Positions 1-13,245 are shown, counted from the first letter of the stretch. The stretch: 64,000 nucleotides of DNA from the human T2T-CHM13v2.0 reference genome, Homo sapiens (GCF_009914755.1 NC_060940.1); one strand, 5' to 3'. The notes: generated by a model not told the origin, from the letters alone. Numbers and translations: made by a program.

Positions 1-3000
1 GGCTTGGCTGTCTTGGGTGGCTCTGTGGCTTGGCTGGCTGGGATGCCTGGGTGGCTTGGCTGGCTGGCTTGGCGGCTTGGGTGGCTTGGCTCCCTTGGGT
101 GGCTTTGCTGGCTGGCTTGGCTGGCTTGGCTGGCTTGCCTGGCTGGCTCGCTTGGCCGGCTTGGCTGCCTGGCTGGCTTGGCTGGCTTGGCTGGCTGGCT
201 TTGGCTGGGTGGTTTGGCTGGCTTGGCGGGCTGGGTGGCTTGGCTGGCTTGGCCGGCTGGGTGTCTTGGCTGGCTTGGCTAGCTTGTCCGGCTGGGTGGC
301 TTGGCTGCCTTGGCCGGCTGGATTTCTTGGCTGGCTTGACTGGCTGGCTGGCTTGGCTGGCATGGCTGGCTGGCTGGCTAGGCTGGCTTGGTTGGCTGTG
401 TGGCTTGGCTGGCTTGGCTGGCTGGCTGGCTTGGCTGGCTGCCTGGCTGGCTTGGCTGGCTTGGCTGGCTGGCTGGCTTGGCTGGCTGCCTGGCTGGCTG
501 GGTGGCTTGGCTGGCTTGGCTGTCTTGGCTGGCTTGGCTCGCTGGCTGGCTAGGCTGGCTGGCTTTGGCTGGGAGGCTTGGCTGCCTTGGCTGGCTGGGT
601 GGCTTGGCGGGCTTGGCTGGCCTTGCTGGCTGGGTGGCTTGGCTGGCCTGGCTGGCTGGCTGGCATGGCTGGCTGGCTGGCTTTGGCTGGGTGGCTTGGC
701 TGGCTTGGCTGGCTTTGTTGGCTGGCAGGCTTGGCTGGCTGGCTGGCTTGGCTGGCTTGGTTGGCTGTGTGGCTTGGCTGGCTTGGTTGGCTGGCTGGCT
801 TGGCTGGCTTGGTTGGCTGTGTGGCTTGGCTGGCTTGGCTGGCTGGCCGGCTTGGCTGGCTGCCAGGCTGGCTTGGCTGGCTTGGCTTGTTGGCTGGCTT
901 GTCTGGATGGCTGGCTTTGGCTGGGTGGCTTGGCTGGCTTGGCTGGCTGGGTGGCTTGGCTGGCTTGGCTGGCTGGCTTGTCTGCCTGGCTGGCTGGCTT
1001 GGCTGGCTGTGTGGCTTGGCTGTCTTGGCTGGCTTGGCTGGCTGGCTGGCTTGGCTGGCTTGGTTGGCTGTGTGGCTTGGCTGGCTTGGCTGGCTGGCTG
1101 GCTTGGCTGGCTTGGCTGGCTGGCTGGCTTGGCTGGCTGCCTGGCTGGCTTGGCTGGCTTGGCTGGTTGGCTGGCTTGGCTGGATGGCTGGCTTTGGCTG
1201 GGTGGCTTGGCTGGCTTGGCTGGCTGGGTGGCTTGGCTGGCTTGGATGGCTGGCTTGGCTGCCTGGCTGGCTGGCTTGGCTGGCTGTGTGGCTTGGCTGT
1301 CTTGGCTGGCTTGGCTGGCTTTCTGGCTTGTCTGGCTGGCTGGCTGGCTTGGGTGGCTTGGCTGGCTGGCTGGCTTGGCTGGGTGGCTTGGCTGGCTGGG
1401 TGGCTTGGCTGGCTGGGCCGCTTGGCTGGCTTGGCTGGCTGGCTGGCTTGGCTGGCTTGGCTGGCTTGCTGGCTTTGACTGGGTGGGTTGGCTGGCTTGC
1501 CTGGCTGGGTTGGTTGGCTGGCTTGGATGGCTTGGCCGGCTGGTTGGCTTGGCTGTCTTTGCTTTCTTGGCTGGATGGATGGCTTGGCTGGCTTGGCTGG
1601 CTGGCTGGCTGGCTTGGCTGGCTTGGCTGGCTGTCTGGCTGGATTGGCCGGCTTGGCTGGATGGCTGGCTTGGCTGGCTATGTGGCTTGGCTGGCTTGGC
1701 TGGCTCTGTGGCTTGGCTGGCTTGGCTGGCTTGGCTGGCTTGGCTGGCTGGCTGGCTTGGCTGGGTGGCTTGTCTGGCTGGGTCACTTGGCTGGCTTGGC
1801 TGGCTGGCTGGCTTTGGCTGGCTGGCTTGGCTGGCTTGGCTGGCTGGGTGGCTTGGCTGGCTTGGCTGGTTGGCTGGCTGGGTGGCTTGGCTGGCTTGGC
1901 TCGCTGGGTGGCTTGGCTGGCTTGGGTGGCTCTGTGGCTTGGCTGGCTGGGCTGCCTGGGTGGCTTGGCTGGCTGGCTTGGCGGCTTGGGTGGCTTGGCT
2001 CGCTTGGTTGGCTTTGCTGGCTGGCTTGGCTGGCTTGGCTGGCTTGCCTGGCTGGCTGGCTTGGCCGGCTTGGCTGCCTGGCTGGCTTGGCTGGCTTGGC
2101 TGGCTGGCTTTGGCTGGGTGGTTTGGCTGGCTTGGCGGGCTGGGTGGCTTGGCTGGCTTGGCCGGCTGGGTGTCTTGGCTGACTTGGCTAGCTTGTCCGG
2201 CTGGGTGGCTTGGCTGCCTTGGCCGGCTGGATTTCTTGGCTGGCTTGACTGGCTGGCTGGCTTGGCTGGCATGGCTGGCTGGCTGGCTAGGCTGGCTTGG
2301 ATCGCTGGCTGGCTTTGGCTGGGAGGCTTGGCTGCCTTGGCTGGCTGGGTGGCTTGGCTGGCTTGGCTGGCCTGGCTGGCTGGGTGGCTTGGTTTGCCTG
2401 GCTGTCTGGCTGGCTTGGCTGGCTGGCTGGCTTTGGCTGGGTGGCTTGGCTGGCTTGGCTGGCTGGCAGGCTTGGCTGGCTAGCTGGCTTGGCTGGCTTG
2501 GCTGGCTGTGTGGCTTGGCTGGCTTGGCTGGCTGCCTGGCTGGCTTGGCTGTCTTGGCTGACTGGCTGGCTTGACTGCCTGGCTGGCTTTGGCTGGGTGG
2601 CTTGGCTGGCTTGGCTGGCTGGGTGGCTTGTCTGGCTTGGATGGCTTGGCTGGCTTGGCCGGCTGTGCTGGCTTGGCTGGCTTGGCTCGCTGGGTGGCTT
2701 GGCTGGCTTGGGTGGCTCTGTGGCTTGGCTGGCTGGGCTGCCTGGGTGGCTTGGCTGGCTGGCTGGCTTCGCTGGCTGGTTGGCTGGCTGGCTTGTCTGG
2801 CTGGGTGGCTTGGCTGGCTTGGCTGGCTGCGTGGCTTGGGTGGCTTGGGTGGCTTGGATGGCTTGGATGGCTTGGCTGGCTATGTGGCTTGGCTGGCTTG
2901 GCGGCTTGGGTGGCTTGGCTCGCTTGGGTGGCTTTGCTGGCTGGCTTGGCTGGCTTGGCTGGCTTGCCTGGCTGGCTGGCTTGGCTGGCTTGGCCGGCTT

Positions 3001-3365
3001 GGCTGCCTGGCTGGTTTGGCTGGCTGGCTTGGCTGCCTGGCTGGCTGGCTTGGCTGACTGTGTGGCTTGGCTGTCTTGGCTGTCTTGGCTGGCTGGCTGG
3101 CTTGTCTGGCTGGCTGGCTGTCTTGGCTTGCTTGGCTGGGTGGCTTGGCTGGCTGGGTCGCTTGGCTGGCTTGGCTGGCTGGCTGGCTTATCTGGCTTGG
3201 CTGGCTGGCTGGCTTTGACTGGGTGGCTTGGCTGGCTTGCCTGGCTGGGTTGGTTGGCTGGCTTGGATGGCTTGGCCGGCTGGGTGGCTTGGCTGGCTTG
3301 GCTGGCTGGGCCGGCCTAGCTGTCTTGGCTGGCTGGCTGGCTTGTTTGGCTTGGCTTGGCTTGGC
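1..3365. repeat. (GGCT/GGCTT)n simple-sequence array (9- and 13-mer composites such as GGCTTGGCT, GGCTGGCTTGGCT); runs off the window start
   Basis: Directly visible. The + strand is almost devoid of A, and the array ends abruptly at ...ttggcttggcttggc|gtgtgcggcag. Confidence 0.97.
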
Positions 3366-3794
3366 GTGTGCGGCAGCCGAGGCTGGGGCTGTGACTTCTA
3401 CAGAGGTTGGTGCGACAGGGGGCATCCCTGCCCTCCCAGGGTCTGCCTGTGGGTCATGGGGAACATGGTTCGAGGCCCCTCCTGTAGCCACACAGCAGTG
3501 TGTTGCTGCGTGAGTGGTCTTGTCTGCAGGCTTTAAACTCAGCCGGGTCGTTTGTGCCACGTGGGGTCTGCGCCGCCCCAGGGGCCGCATCTCTTTCAGC
3601 CACAGGATGTGCATCTTAGGGTTGCAGCAGATGGGGCTCCTGTGCCATGTGGGGTCCAACCCCTTGGCCTGAGCAAGGCGGCCAGTGGGCATTGTGCTGG
3701 TGACGACCTCCAGCCTCTGTTCCTTCCCTGGCTCTGAGTCATAAAGGCCTTCCAGTCCCACCTGGGAGCCGTGTCTCCTCTAGGAACTGCTGGG

Positions 3795-4440
3795 CATGGC
3801 TGGGTCCGGTCTGCCTCATTCCTGCATCTGATGCCCACCAGTTCTTCCCCAACTCCCCCATTCTCTATCTCCCCCTTCTCCTCCATCTCCTCCATCTCCC
3901 CCGTCCCCTCCGTCTTGCCCGTCTCCATTTCCTCCAACTCCCCCTTCTCCATGTCATGGCTGTCTAGGCTCCATCCCTCCGCAGGCTCGGTCCCCCCTTG
4001 TTCTGGGCAGGGCTCTGGGTGCCGGTCTGGTGCCAGTGCTGGGAGCCTGTGGTGCCCGTCACCCCTGCTCCACCTTGAGGAGCTGTGTCCTGTCCCACGA
4101 GGAGGTGCCCCGGGACCTCAGGGCTGCAAGCCATGGCTGGGTCCGGCTCTGCCTCATTCCTGTATCTGATGCCCCCCAGTTCTCCCCCATTTCCCCCTTC
4201 TCCATCTCCTCTGTGTCTCCCGTCTCATGGCTGTCCAAGCCCCATCCCCCACCCAGGCTGGGTCCCCTCATTCTGGGAAGCCCGTCTTGCCATGCCCATC
4301 CCTGCCGCCCCTCAGGACAGCGCTCTGGATGCCGGTCTGGTGCCAGTGCTGGGAGCCTGTGGTGCCCGTCACCCCTGCTGCACCTTGAGGAGCTGTGTCC
4401 TGTCCCACAAGGAGGTGCCCGGGGACCTCAGGGCCATGGC
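3795..4440. repeat. Diverged tandem duplication, about 2 copies of a ~310-340 bp unit
   Basis: tgccggtctggtgccagtgctgggagcctgtggtgcccgtcacccctgct occurs at ~4020 and ~4330. catggctgggtccgg.tctgcctcattcctg occurs at ~3795 and ~4132. Confidence 0.9.
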
Positions 4441-6209
4441 TGGCATCGTTGCTGTGGAGTGGCTGTCACCTTTCATGGTCATCCTGCAACAGAGCTCCTG
4501 CTGCTTCTGGGTGAACCTGGGGCTGCCCCCGTGAACACTCTTGGGTCTGACATGAAGGGACCATGTGAGGGAGGGGTGGGGTGGGCTGGGTCCCTGCATG
4601 GGGATCGCCAAGGGGTGATGGCCACGAAATGCCAGGGACCCAAGATTGTCATTCACAGAGGGTGAGGTGGGGATGCCAGAGGCGCCTCTGCCTGGAACAC
4701 CCTGGCTTCTGTCCTAGCAGGATGCTGGACGCTGGCCACGGTGAGGGTGATGCAGGTGCTTTTCTTGTGGGGTCCCTGGCCCACCTCACACGTGAGCTCT
4801 CAGGGAAATGGACCCCCAGAACTCGTGGAGGGCAGGACCGCTGGGCTCTGGGTCTCACCGCAGTGCTGCCGTCCACGAGGACCCCCCACTTCTCCAGCAA
4901 AGGTGTGGGTGTGCATGCCCGGCCCTGGCACAGCCCAGAGCATCTGGGGCCGTGGCTAGGGAAGGACGGGGTGCTTGGGGAATGCAGTGGGTATGGGGAT
5001 GTCGGAGGACACTCAGGCTGTGCAGGAGCCTCACCAGGGATGTGGGTGGGGGACGCTGTCTTTCGTTTCACAGCCCCAGGGAGGCTTCTGATGTCTCAGC
5101 CTTGAACCCTAATTGGGGGGCTCCTAGTGTCAGTGTGGGAAGCTGAGGGTCCCAGTCAGAGGTGAACCCCTCACTTCTGGCCCCTCACTCCCATGACCAT
5201 GGGCTCCAGCTCATAGGTGTGTGTGAGGGGTGTCCTGAGGTGGTGTGGGGCAGACATGCTCTCCCAGATGGGCTCCCCGGAGCTTGGGGCAGGGTGGGGC
5301 CTGCAGGCTGTGGCTCCCAGTGTCACTTCCCTGCAGCAGCCACAGTCAGACTCTCCGGCCCTGCACCTGTCCTGTTGTTGGGGACCCTGACCCTTCGCAG
5401 ACCCAGGTGGGGGCATCCGGGAATTCAGGGGAGCACCTGGTGACAGAGGACACCTTGGGGGCAGCAGCCATTTCCCTGGGAGGTGCGGCCAGTCTACCCA
5501 CTGCCTGGAGCCCGCACCGTCTCTCCTCAGGGGTCATGGGACCACCCTGTGCATCCACCTCCTTCACAGCCACAGCTGCCAGTAGATTAACGGGGCGTGT
5601 GTGCTGCTCTTGGGGTGGTCCCGGCCCGGCCCGGCCCTGCCCTCCCCACCAAGTGCCCAGGGCCGCCCTGCCCGCCTGTGCCCTGCCCTGTAGATGCTGC
5701 CACCTCCCTTTCCTGGGGGAGCATTTTGTCTTGTGTGAGGACGGGGTCATTCCCATGGTCACCACCTGTGACCCTCCCCTGCTTGCAGAGGGAACAGAGC
5801 TGGGCCTGGGCTTATCCATGTCGGGTGCCCCTGGGGGACCTGGGGGCTCGTGGCCTCCCCTGCACACAGGGCTCCTCCTGGCGGGGCCTCCGAACCCCCT
5901 CATTTAGGTGTCGCTGCACGTGGCTCCCAGGTGTGGACGTCCCCACTCTGGCGAGGGCTCCTTCCTTCTGGGGTCGTTTGTGGAATGTGGCCTGGGTCCA
6001 TGGCTCTGGGAGGGAACAGCCCAAGGGTGGGGACCCCTGGCTGGGGAGGAGGCCCCGCAGAGAGGCCCAGACTGTATCCCGATGCATCTGGCGTGGCCGC
6101 GGTCCCCCTCCAGCGCCGACGTTTGTAAATTCTGAAAGGAGCCATGCTGTGGCTGAGGGAGCCAAGCCCGTGACTGAAAAATCCTCCAAACATTCATTCA
6201 AAAATACAA

Positions 6210-6810
6210 GTGTGATCGCCAGAAACGCTTTTGTACATTTACACAAAACATTCATACAGGCCATGGCGGAGGCTCCTGTCTAGGACTGGCAAGGCGCCCG
6301 GGAGCCGCCGGTCACCCTTGTGCCTACACAGACCCTTTCCAGAAAGATGCAGGCCCTGGAACTGAGGCCGAGTCAAGTCGGGAATGGCAAGTGCCGGAGG
6401 GTGTCAGTCAGAACAGTGTCAGAACCTGTCCTGTTCACGAGCGGCCCTACATGTCCCCCGGGCACAGAGCTCTAGGCAGGTCCAGCCACGAACCCACAGC
6501 GGCAATCAACACGCTTCTGTGAATAAATAAAAATTTATCATTCCATGCAAACACACTCATTTTCCACAAAAGACAACAGTTTTTACACAAGCGGCGGTGT
6601 CCCAGTGGTGGCCGTGGCACGTGTGGAGCGGCCCCGCAGCGGCGTTCTCATGGGTGGCGTCACAGTGGCTCCAGGTCCTCATCCCCGCATGCATACTCGT
6701 ACAGGTCCACGGCGCCCAGGGGTGAGGGCACCTCGAAGAAGGGCCTCTGGGCCAGCGGGGACTGCAGCGCACTCAGCTTCTGCTCCACAGGTCTGAGCTC
6801 GGCCTCGAAC
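6210..6810 (-). pseudogene. PPP2R3B: PPP2R3B (PP2A B''beta/PR70) terminal exon copy, unprocessed fragment; coding part 6810-6660, then 3'UTR
   Basis: Acceptor ctcgttgcag|G at 6811/6810, then FEAELRPVEQKLSALQSPLAQRPFFEVPSPLGAVDLYEYACGDEDLEPL-TGA. This matches the recalled PPP2R3B C-terminus (FEAELSPVEQKLSALRSPLAQRPFFEAPSPLGAVDLYEYACGDEDLEPL) with ~3 substitutions. No upstream exons were found. The 3'UTR end is approximate. Confidence 0.88.
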
Positions 6811-7730
6811 CTGCAACGAGGGGATGGTGAAGACGTGGACAGCGGCGTGGAGCAGGCCCTGGGCCCTGTTTTCCGAGAAATGCAGGCTGCTCCGCAGCCA
6901 ACCTCCAGCACGAGAAAGTCCCCTGAGCCGACCTTGAGCTCCAGCCGCTGACCCCGCAACAGGCTCCTGGCTGAGAAAGCCGGCTCCACCAACGCTCCCG
7001 GGGGAGGGGCCAGCGGTGCAGGTGAAAACCCACCCAGGACGGGACGGAGCCCCAGGCATGAGGTGCACAGAGAGGAACCGGGCGGGCTCATCTTTTCCCC
7101 AAAGCGACACGACGGTGACTCTCAGAGGGCAGCCTCTGAGCTGCAAGGGGCCTGTGTTTACACAACTGGGTCATGGTGTCTACACAGGATTGGAGAACAA
7201 ACGGGACCACGGTTTGGACAAATTCTCCCAAAGCACAGAAGCTCCTAGTGGAGGCCACCACTTCCATTCTGACCAGAACACACAGCAGTGCGAGGACTGG
7301 ACGCGCACCTTCCGTTAAGGTCTCGGCAGTGACATCGGGCGCTACTCCGGGGAAACCAGCGCGGCCACCGACAACACAGTCTCATAGAGATCCTGCAGGG
7401 ACACCTCTGCTTTCCAAGATGCCCCCCACAGCCTGGCACTGAGCTCCCACTGCCGGAGCAGGCATGGACACGGTGAAGGCAGTCAACCCCAGTGTGGTGC
7501 TGGCCACTGGTCAGGTGTGGAGCAGAGGTGACAGACGGTGGTGGGGACAGGTGCATACCCATCCAGGCTATGTCTGGGGGACACAGCTGCCTCAGGGTGT
7601 CTGGCAGGAGAAGGCAGACTGGGAAGTTCTGGGGGAGTGGGGACCCAGAGGTGGGCTGCCAGGTCAGAGCCACTGTGCAAATAACTGATCACAAGGAGGA
7701 CAGACACACAGGACAGATGGCCCAGGGTAA

Positions 7731-7807
7731 GAAATTTCCTCAGGAAAGGCTCTGGTAGAGGAATCACAGTTAGATGAACCAAAGCTTCAAATTCTACATT
7801 TTCATAC

Positions 7808-7840
<33 letters not shown>

Positions 7841-8108
7841 TATACACAACTTTAGCAATAAAAAACAAGTAGACTTTAATACTCGTATACTTTATAATTC
7901 ATTTTGGAACTGCCTCATTCTCCCTTTAGCTGGTCACTGTGCACCTCGTGTTCTCAGTCTCTCCACCAAAAAAAAAATTTCCTCAGGAAAGGCTCTGAGA
8001 GAGGAATCGTAGTTAGATGAACTAAAGCTTCAAATTCTACATATATATATATATATTTAGCAGTAAAAACAAGTAGACTTTAATACTCTTATACTTTATA
8101 ATTCATTT
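7731..8108. repeat. Local direct duplication (7731-7905 and 7975-8108), each copy containing a (TA)n tract
   Basis: aaatttcctcaggaaaggctctg...agttagatgaac.aaagcttcaaattctaca...aaaaacaagtagactttaatactc.tatactttataattcattt is present twice. Confidence 0.9.
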
Positions 8109-9730
8109 AGGAAAAGAAGGAACACCTTTGCAGCTACTCCTGCTAAGTTACCAAGAGTTTTTTCAATACTAATCTTCACAATTCATATTCAAATACTAAG
8201 AATCCCTAATCCCTTTAAAAATACATTTGTATTTCCAATAATTTGATATAGGCTCTCAAAAAGTCATTACATTTTGAGGGTAAAATCGAAACAACCTAAA
8301 CATTAATGCCAAGTAATGAATATAATAGTTCACACATATTAAACAGTTAATTCATATGTGTAATACATTGTTACATATATACTTATACACAAAAACAAAC
8401 ATGTATGTGTATAAAATCTCAACAAATCCGATAAGAATTATTAGAACTAGTAATTAGACACTGTTGTTCTACTTCTGTAACCCATGATCTTAAACCATTA
8501 TAGAATAAACCTTAAAAGCAATCATTATTTTCAAAGACAATTTTGAAACTTGCCTTGTGCGAGTTAGTAAATAACTGTGCTCCTTGGTTTCCTCATCTGT
8601 TACATGGGTAGAACCTACACTGTTACATAAAGATTAGAGCAGTTAATAGATAGAATATTTTAGTATTTATAGATCTAGAATATAAAAAGGAATTAATAAG
8701 TTTTAAGGAGAAAAAATAAGGGAAAAATAGTCTCATTTTCAAGCCTACTAAACATAAAATGTTTCTTACATTTAATTTATACATGCAGGGTAGGTCACTA
8801 TACTAAAAATAAAGCACATTTAATTTGAAATTTTAGAAAGGGTAGATTGTTCTTATTTAGAGAATTGCAATACATTTTAATTTGTGAGCAGGAGGTCATG
8901 GTGTTATTTAGAAACAGTGACAAGAAACTTTTTTTGGCTATTATAAATGGAAATGGAAAAAAAGAAAGAAAAGCCAAGAGTAGTCATTTGACTCCAACAA
9001 GTAGTTTTTAAAAACTATTTCATTTGATTATCAGCTTCAGTTTCAAACGTTATATATCTGATAAACAAAACACAAAGGAAAAGCTTGATAATTAACAAAA
9101 AACTCTATAGTATCTCCTTTTTTTCATCTTTTTCCAGGTCAGATTCTTGCAAGCACTGGGAAATTAGTGTTTATTTAAGATTTAATGACAATGTTAATGC
9201 CACTGTCAATCTGTATTCTTTATCTAGAAAGGCAAATCTGATTTACATTAACCTGAACACCTTAATAACTAATTAAAATCTCAGCCTTCTGGCTAAGTTC
9301 TTAGACATTTATTCTGTTTAACTCAGCAACAAAATATTATTAGTCACTTTCTTTTGAGAAAGGTGAGTCTAATTTATTGGTACTATTTATTACCAATACA
9401 TTTTATAATCTGCAACCTAATTAGCCTTAACAAAGTATTTTGTACTCAGCATGACTCAAATATTTTACTGAACTTACTGAAAAAGAATGCTGCCATTGCA
9501 TTTCCACTCTAATATACTGCAGTGATTTTGTGTTTGCACATATTTGTCCATGTCATATGTTTGCTTGAAAGAATGTAAAACAAAGAATGCATATAGATTA
9601 TTAAAGAAATCCTCCCAAATTTGTTCACATATATTAGATCCTAAAACTAAATAGGTGTTTTTTTCTGAATTGAAATAGATTAACAGAACATATTAACTGA
9701 AATAACTGTCCTATTATTTATAATTCTTAC

Positions 9731-9820
9731 CAGACACATGCAATTGAGCCTATGACTGAGGATGAAGACTCTATAAAGGACATCGCTCAAGTATACAATA
9801 TGATTTTCTTTAATTTTGAT
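9731..9820 (-). other. Candidate orphan exon, 90 nt, phase 0/0, open frame IKIKENHIVYLSDVLYRVFILSHRLNCMCL; parent gene not recognised
   Basis: Acceptor tcttttctattaacaagtctttcag| and donor CTG|GTAAGA. The length is a multiple of 3 with no stop in frame 0. Confidence 0.4.
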
Positions 9821-11114
9821 CTGAAAGACTTGTTAATAGAAAGACTGAAGTTCTGTCAAACAAATTGATTACATTTCTACTGGATTTCGGAAATACGTAG
9901 CATCTGTGATAAATTAAAGTACTTAATCATCACTTATTGTCTTTAGTGTACAATTTATTATATCTCTATTTTTATACCCCTCAAAGTATTTGCAAAATTA
10001 ATAGAACTTTCTTAAGAATACAGTGACTGTCCTCAAAATCCACTTAAAATTGGTAGCCTCAAATTTATATTTCATCTACTCTTCCAAAATAATTATTGTA
10101 TTGTTGGTTTTAAATCTAACATCTCACTATTTTCTATTTTATCATATGCTTTTCTGATGCATTTTTTTTTCTGCTTTATGTTGATTTTTATGATCTTTTT
10201 TTTCTTTATTAGGTTTTAGGTGTAACTCTTTTTATTTTTGTAGTTACTTCATAGTTCATAATATGCAGCTTTAACTTATCACAGTCTACCTTCAAATGAT
10301 ATTACATCACTCAGACTGATTTGTGAGTACAGAGAGACTGGGCAGGGACATATATGATGAATCAGAAGCACCTGACTCTTTTAAAAGGCTCACTAATCTT
10401 AGTAAAATAAACCCATACAGAAAATTCTTTTATTTTAAGGTGAGTAAACATGCACACACATGGCCCTTCAAGGTCATTCTGTCAGTCAGCCTTAATCCAA
10501 CCCATGAGATACCAATTTGCTAGTTTATGATCATTGCCATAGAACAGTTTTTTTTATTTTAAATTCTAAGTTTAAACTGAAGATTCAATGGAGGTGGAAC
10601 TAGTTTTCTTTTTGAGCAAGAAAATAACTCAATTAAATGTACTATGTCTCAAAATATGCAGTATACACACCATCATGAAAACGAGACAAGAGTAAATAAA
10701 TTATGACATCTAGAAAATTAGGTAAGACACTGTTCAATAATGAGGCAAAATAGGATGTGGATGTCACCTACGCTATCAAATAGAAATGTGGGGTTTCATC
10801 GAATAAATCTGAGGTTGAGTGTATAGAACATTATTTCAAATATGTCTTGATTTGTATTTAAACTTATATCCTATAAAATCATGCAGAATATGAGGAGTCA
10901 TTATCTAATTTTAAGTAGGAAAAATATGAATCAGTACTAATAATAAAAACTAATAATTTACTCAATGCCAGGCAATGTTTCTAGTGTTTTACATTTTCAG
11001 AAAACAATTATAACTGTGAAGAAAACAATTCTTCACTTTTCAAGAAAGAAAACCAAAGTAATGAGAAACTAAGTAAGTGGCCCACCCAAGGTCGTATAGT
11101 TAAGAAATGACTAA

Positions 11115-11443
<329 letters not shown>

Positions 11444-13245
11444 AGACCTTAACATGTTTTTAAGTAAAATGTATTATTTTTCATGTATAATGTTTGCTCT
11501 GTCTCTCATATATACATAAAAATATAATCATGAAGAGAATTATAATAGCCAACTTTATATTTCAGAGATATTGGCTTGGCATTGCTTTCAGCAGGTATTT
11601 TGACATTAGCCTCTGGAGTGGAGTTGGGGACAGGTTGATTTCAATGTTTCAAAAATATATGAGAACTGTGAACCTATGTTAGTGGATTGCCTATTCGTGA
11701 CTTCTAGTTGAACACTATCAAAATTGACAACTAAAAAAAAAATGAAATGAGAGAAAATGTTTATAGCACTTAAGAGGATAAATTAGTTTCTTTATGTCTA
11801 GATTTTATATTAAATAAAGAGCTTTCAGGAAAAGTAAATGACAGTTAATGATTTTGATTATAATCAGTCAGATTTTTTCCATATTTGAGCAAAAATTGTA
11901 ATTGACTTATCCACTGCTTTCAGTGTAGATTAGCTGAATCATCTAACTTATGTCATCTCTTATAAAAATATTGATTGAGATGAAAAATGAATAAATGATT
12001 TATCTTAAAACAGTTCTATGTTGATAATATAAAAAATACTGACAGTTTCATCTAAAATATGTTTGGATAAGCTACATTATATATGATTCAGATTCATATC
12101 TTATGTATAATTTTTATATGATATTTGATTTGGTTCATACACAAAGGAACAAATGTTTCTATGTAAGAAAGTTATTTTGCTTATTACAGAATTTAAAACT
12201 AAAATGATTCTTCCACGATGGCCATTTAACAATTTAAATTTAGGAAACATCTGGCATGTTCAACTGAGTATTTACTTTGCATAATTGTGTTCCATATCTT
12301 AATGCATTCCCTTTAGCAGTTTCTTTCAGCAAGCAACACATGTAAACTTGTTTCTCGCTAAATATTTTTTATTTAGCAAAGTTTTAGACCTAGAGATTTA
12401 AAGAAAAATTGCAAAGATGTTACAAAGATGAACTCTTGAACCGAATCTTTTATTTTTAAGCATGCAAAATGGTGTGGTTTTTTAAAACCCTGAAGACATA
12501 AATGTACAACTGAGAACCCAAAGAAAATTGGACTGTTTTGTTTTGTGATTTGATGTCTGAAAAATAAAATCCTTTAGTTTCCTTTCATTTTTCCTGAGAG
12601 AATATAAACTGTGTTGTGATGTCAAACTCATTCTGAGTTTAGATGCCCCATGGGCAAATCGTTTCATCTAATTAAAACAAAATGAAGACAAATCTCTTAC
12701 ACATAAATCTTTGATGGTGGGAAATGTAGCTTCATGTTTTTAAAGCCTTCACAGAAGACAAAGTACCTCTCAATCTTGTAACTCTACTTTTTATAGCTAC
12801 CTAATTATTAAGGCATATTTGATATACTGTAATCAATTTATATTTGTGTTTTGTTTAATAATTGGGATCCTTTGGACTGTTTGCTGCAAATATCCTATAT
12901 TTAAAAAAAAAACTTTGTCTAAATATATCATGTAGAAAAATATTTATACCTAAAAATATAAACTCCATTAACAAAAATTGTTCAGCAAAACTCTATTAAT
13001 TCAATACACTGTATGGTTAATTTTTGTAGCCAATTTTTCCTTTTCTTCTCTCTAATGATGTGATGTTCTTCAATGTCTTCTGAAAACTTGAGCATAGGAA
13101 GTTGGAAGTGTATAAAGCAAAACAAATAGTAAGGAGATAATTTAGAATGCTAATTTTTGAAGGGGAAATATAAATTTTACAACTCTTAGATTGCATTTTA
13201 AATTTATATTATCTGTATTTAAGTATTTAAGTTGATTTTCACCAG

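Larger units (their letters stand above)
3366..7730 (-). other. Duplicated block resembling the PAR1 PPP2R3B 3' region (3' flank, terminal exon, part of last intron)
   Basis: GC-rich block containing the PPP2R3B-like terminal exon. There are sharp compositional breaks at both ends. The extent of homology outside the exon is inferred. Confidence 0.7.

Noticed and set aside
1-3365. Chi (GCTGGTGG) or PRDM9 13-mer motif array
   Set aside because: The common word is GCTGGGTGG rather than Chi, and the repeat does not fit CCNCCNTNNCCNC.
4-3761. Long W/L/A/G-rich ORFs (up to 728 aa) in all three + frames, and a Q/P/A/S-rich minus ORF
   Set aside because: All stop codons need an A, which the + strand of the GGCT array almost lacks. 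These ORFs are compositional artefacts and mostly have non-ATG starts.
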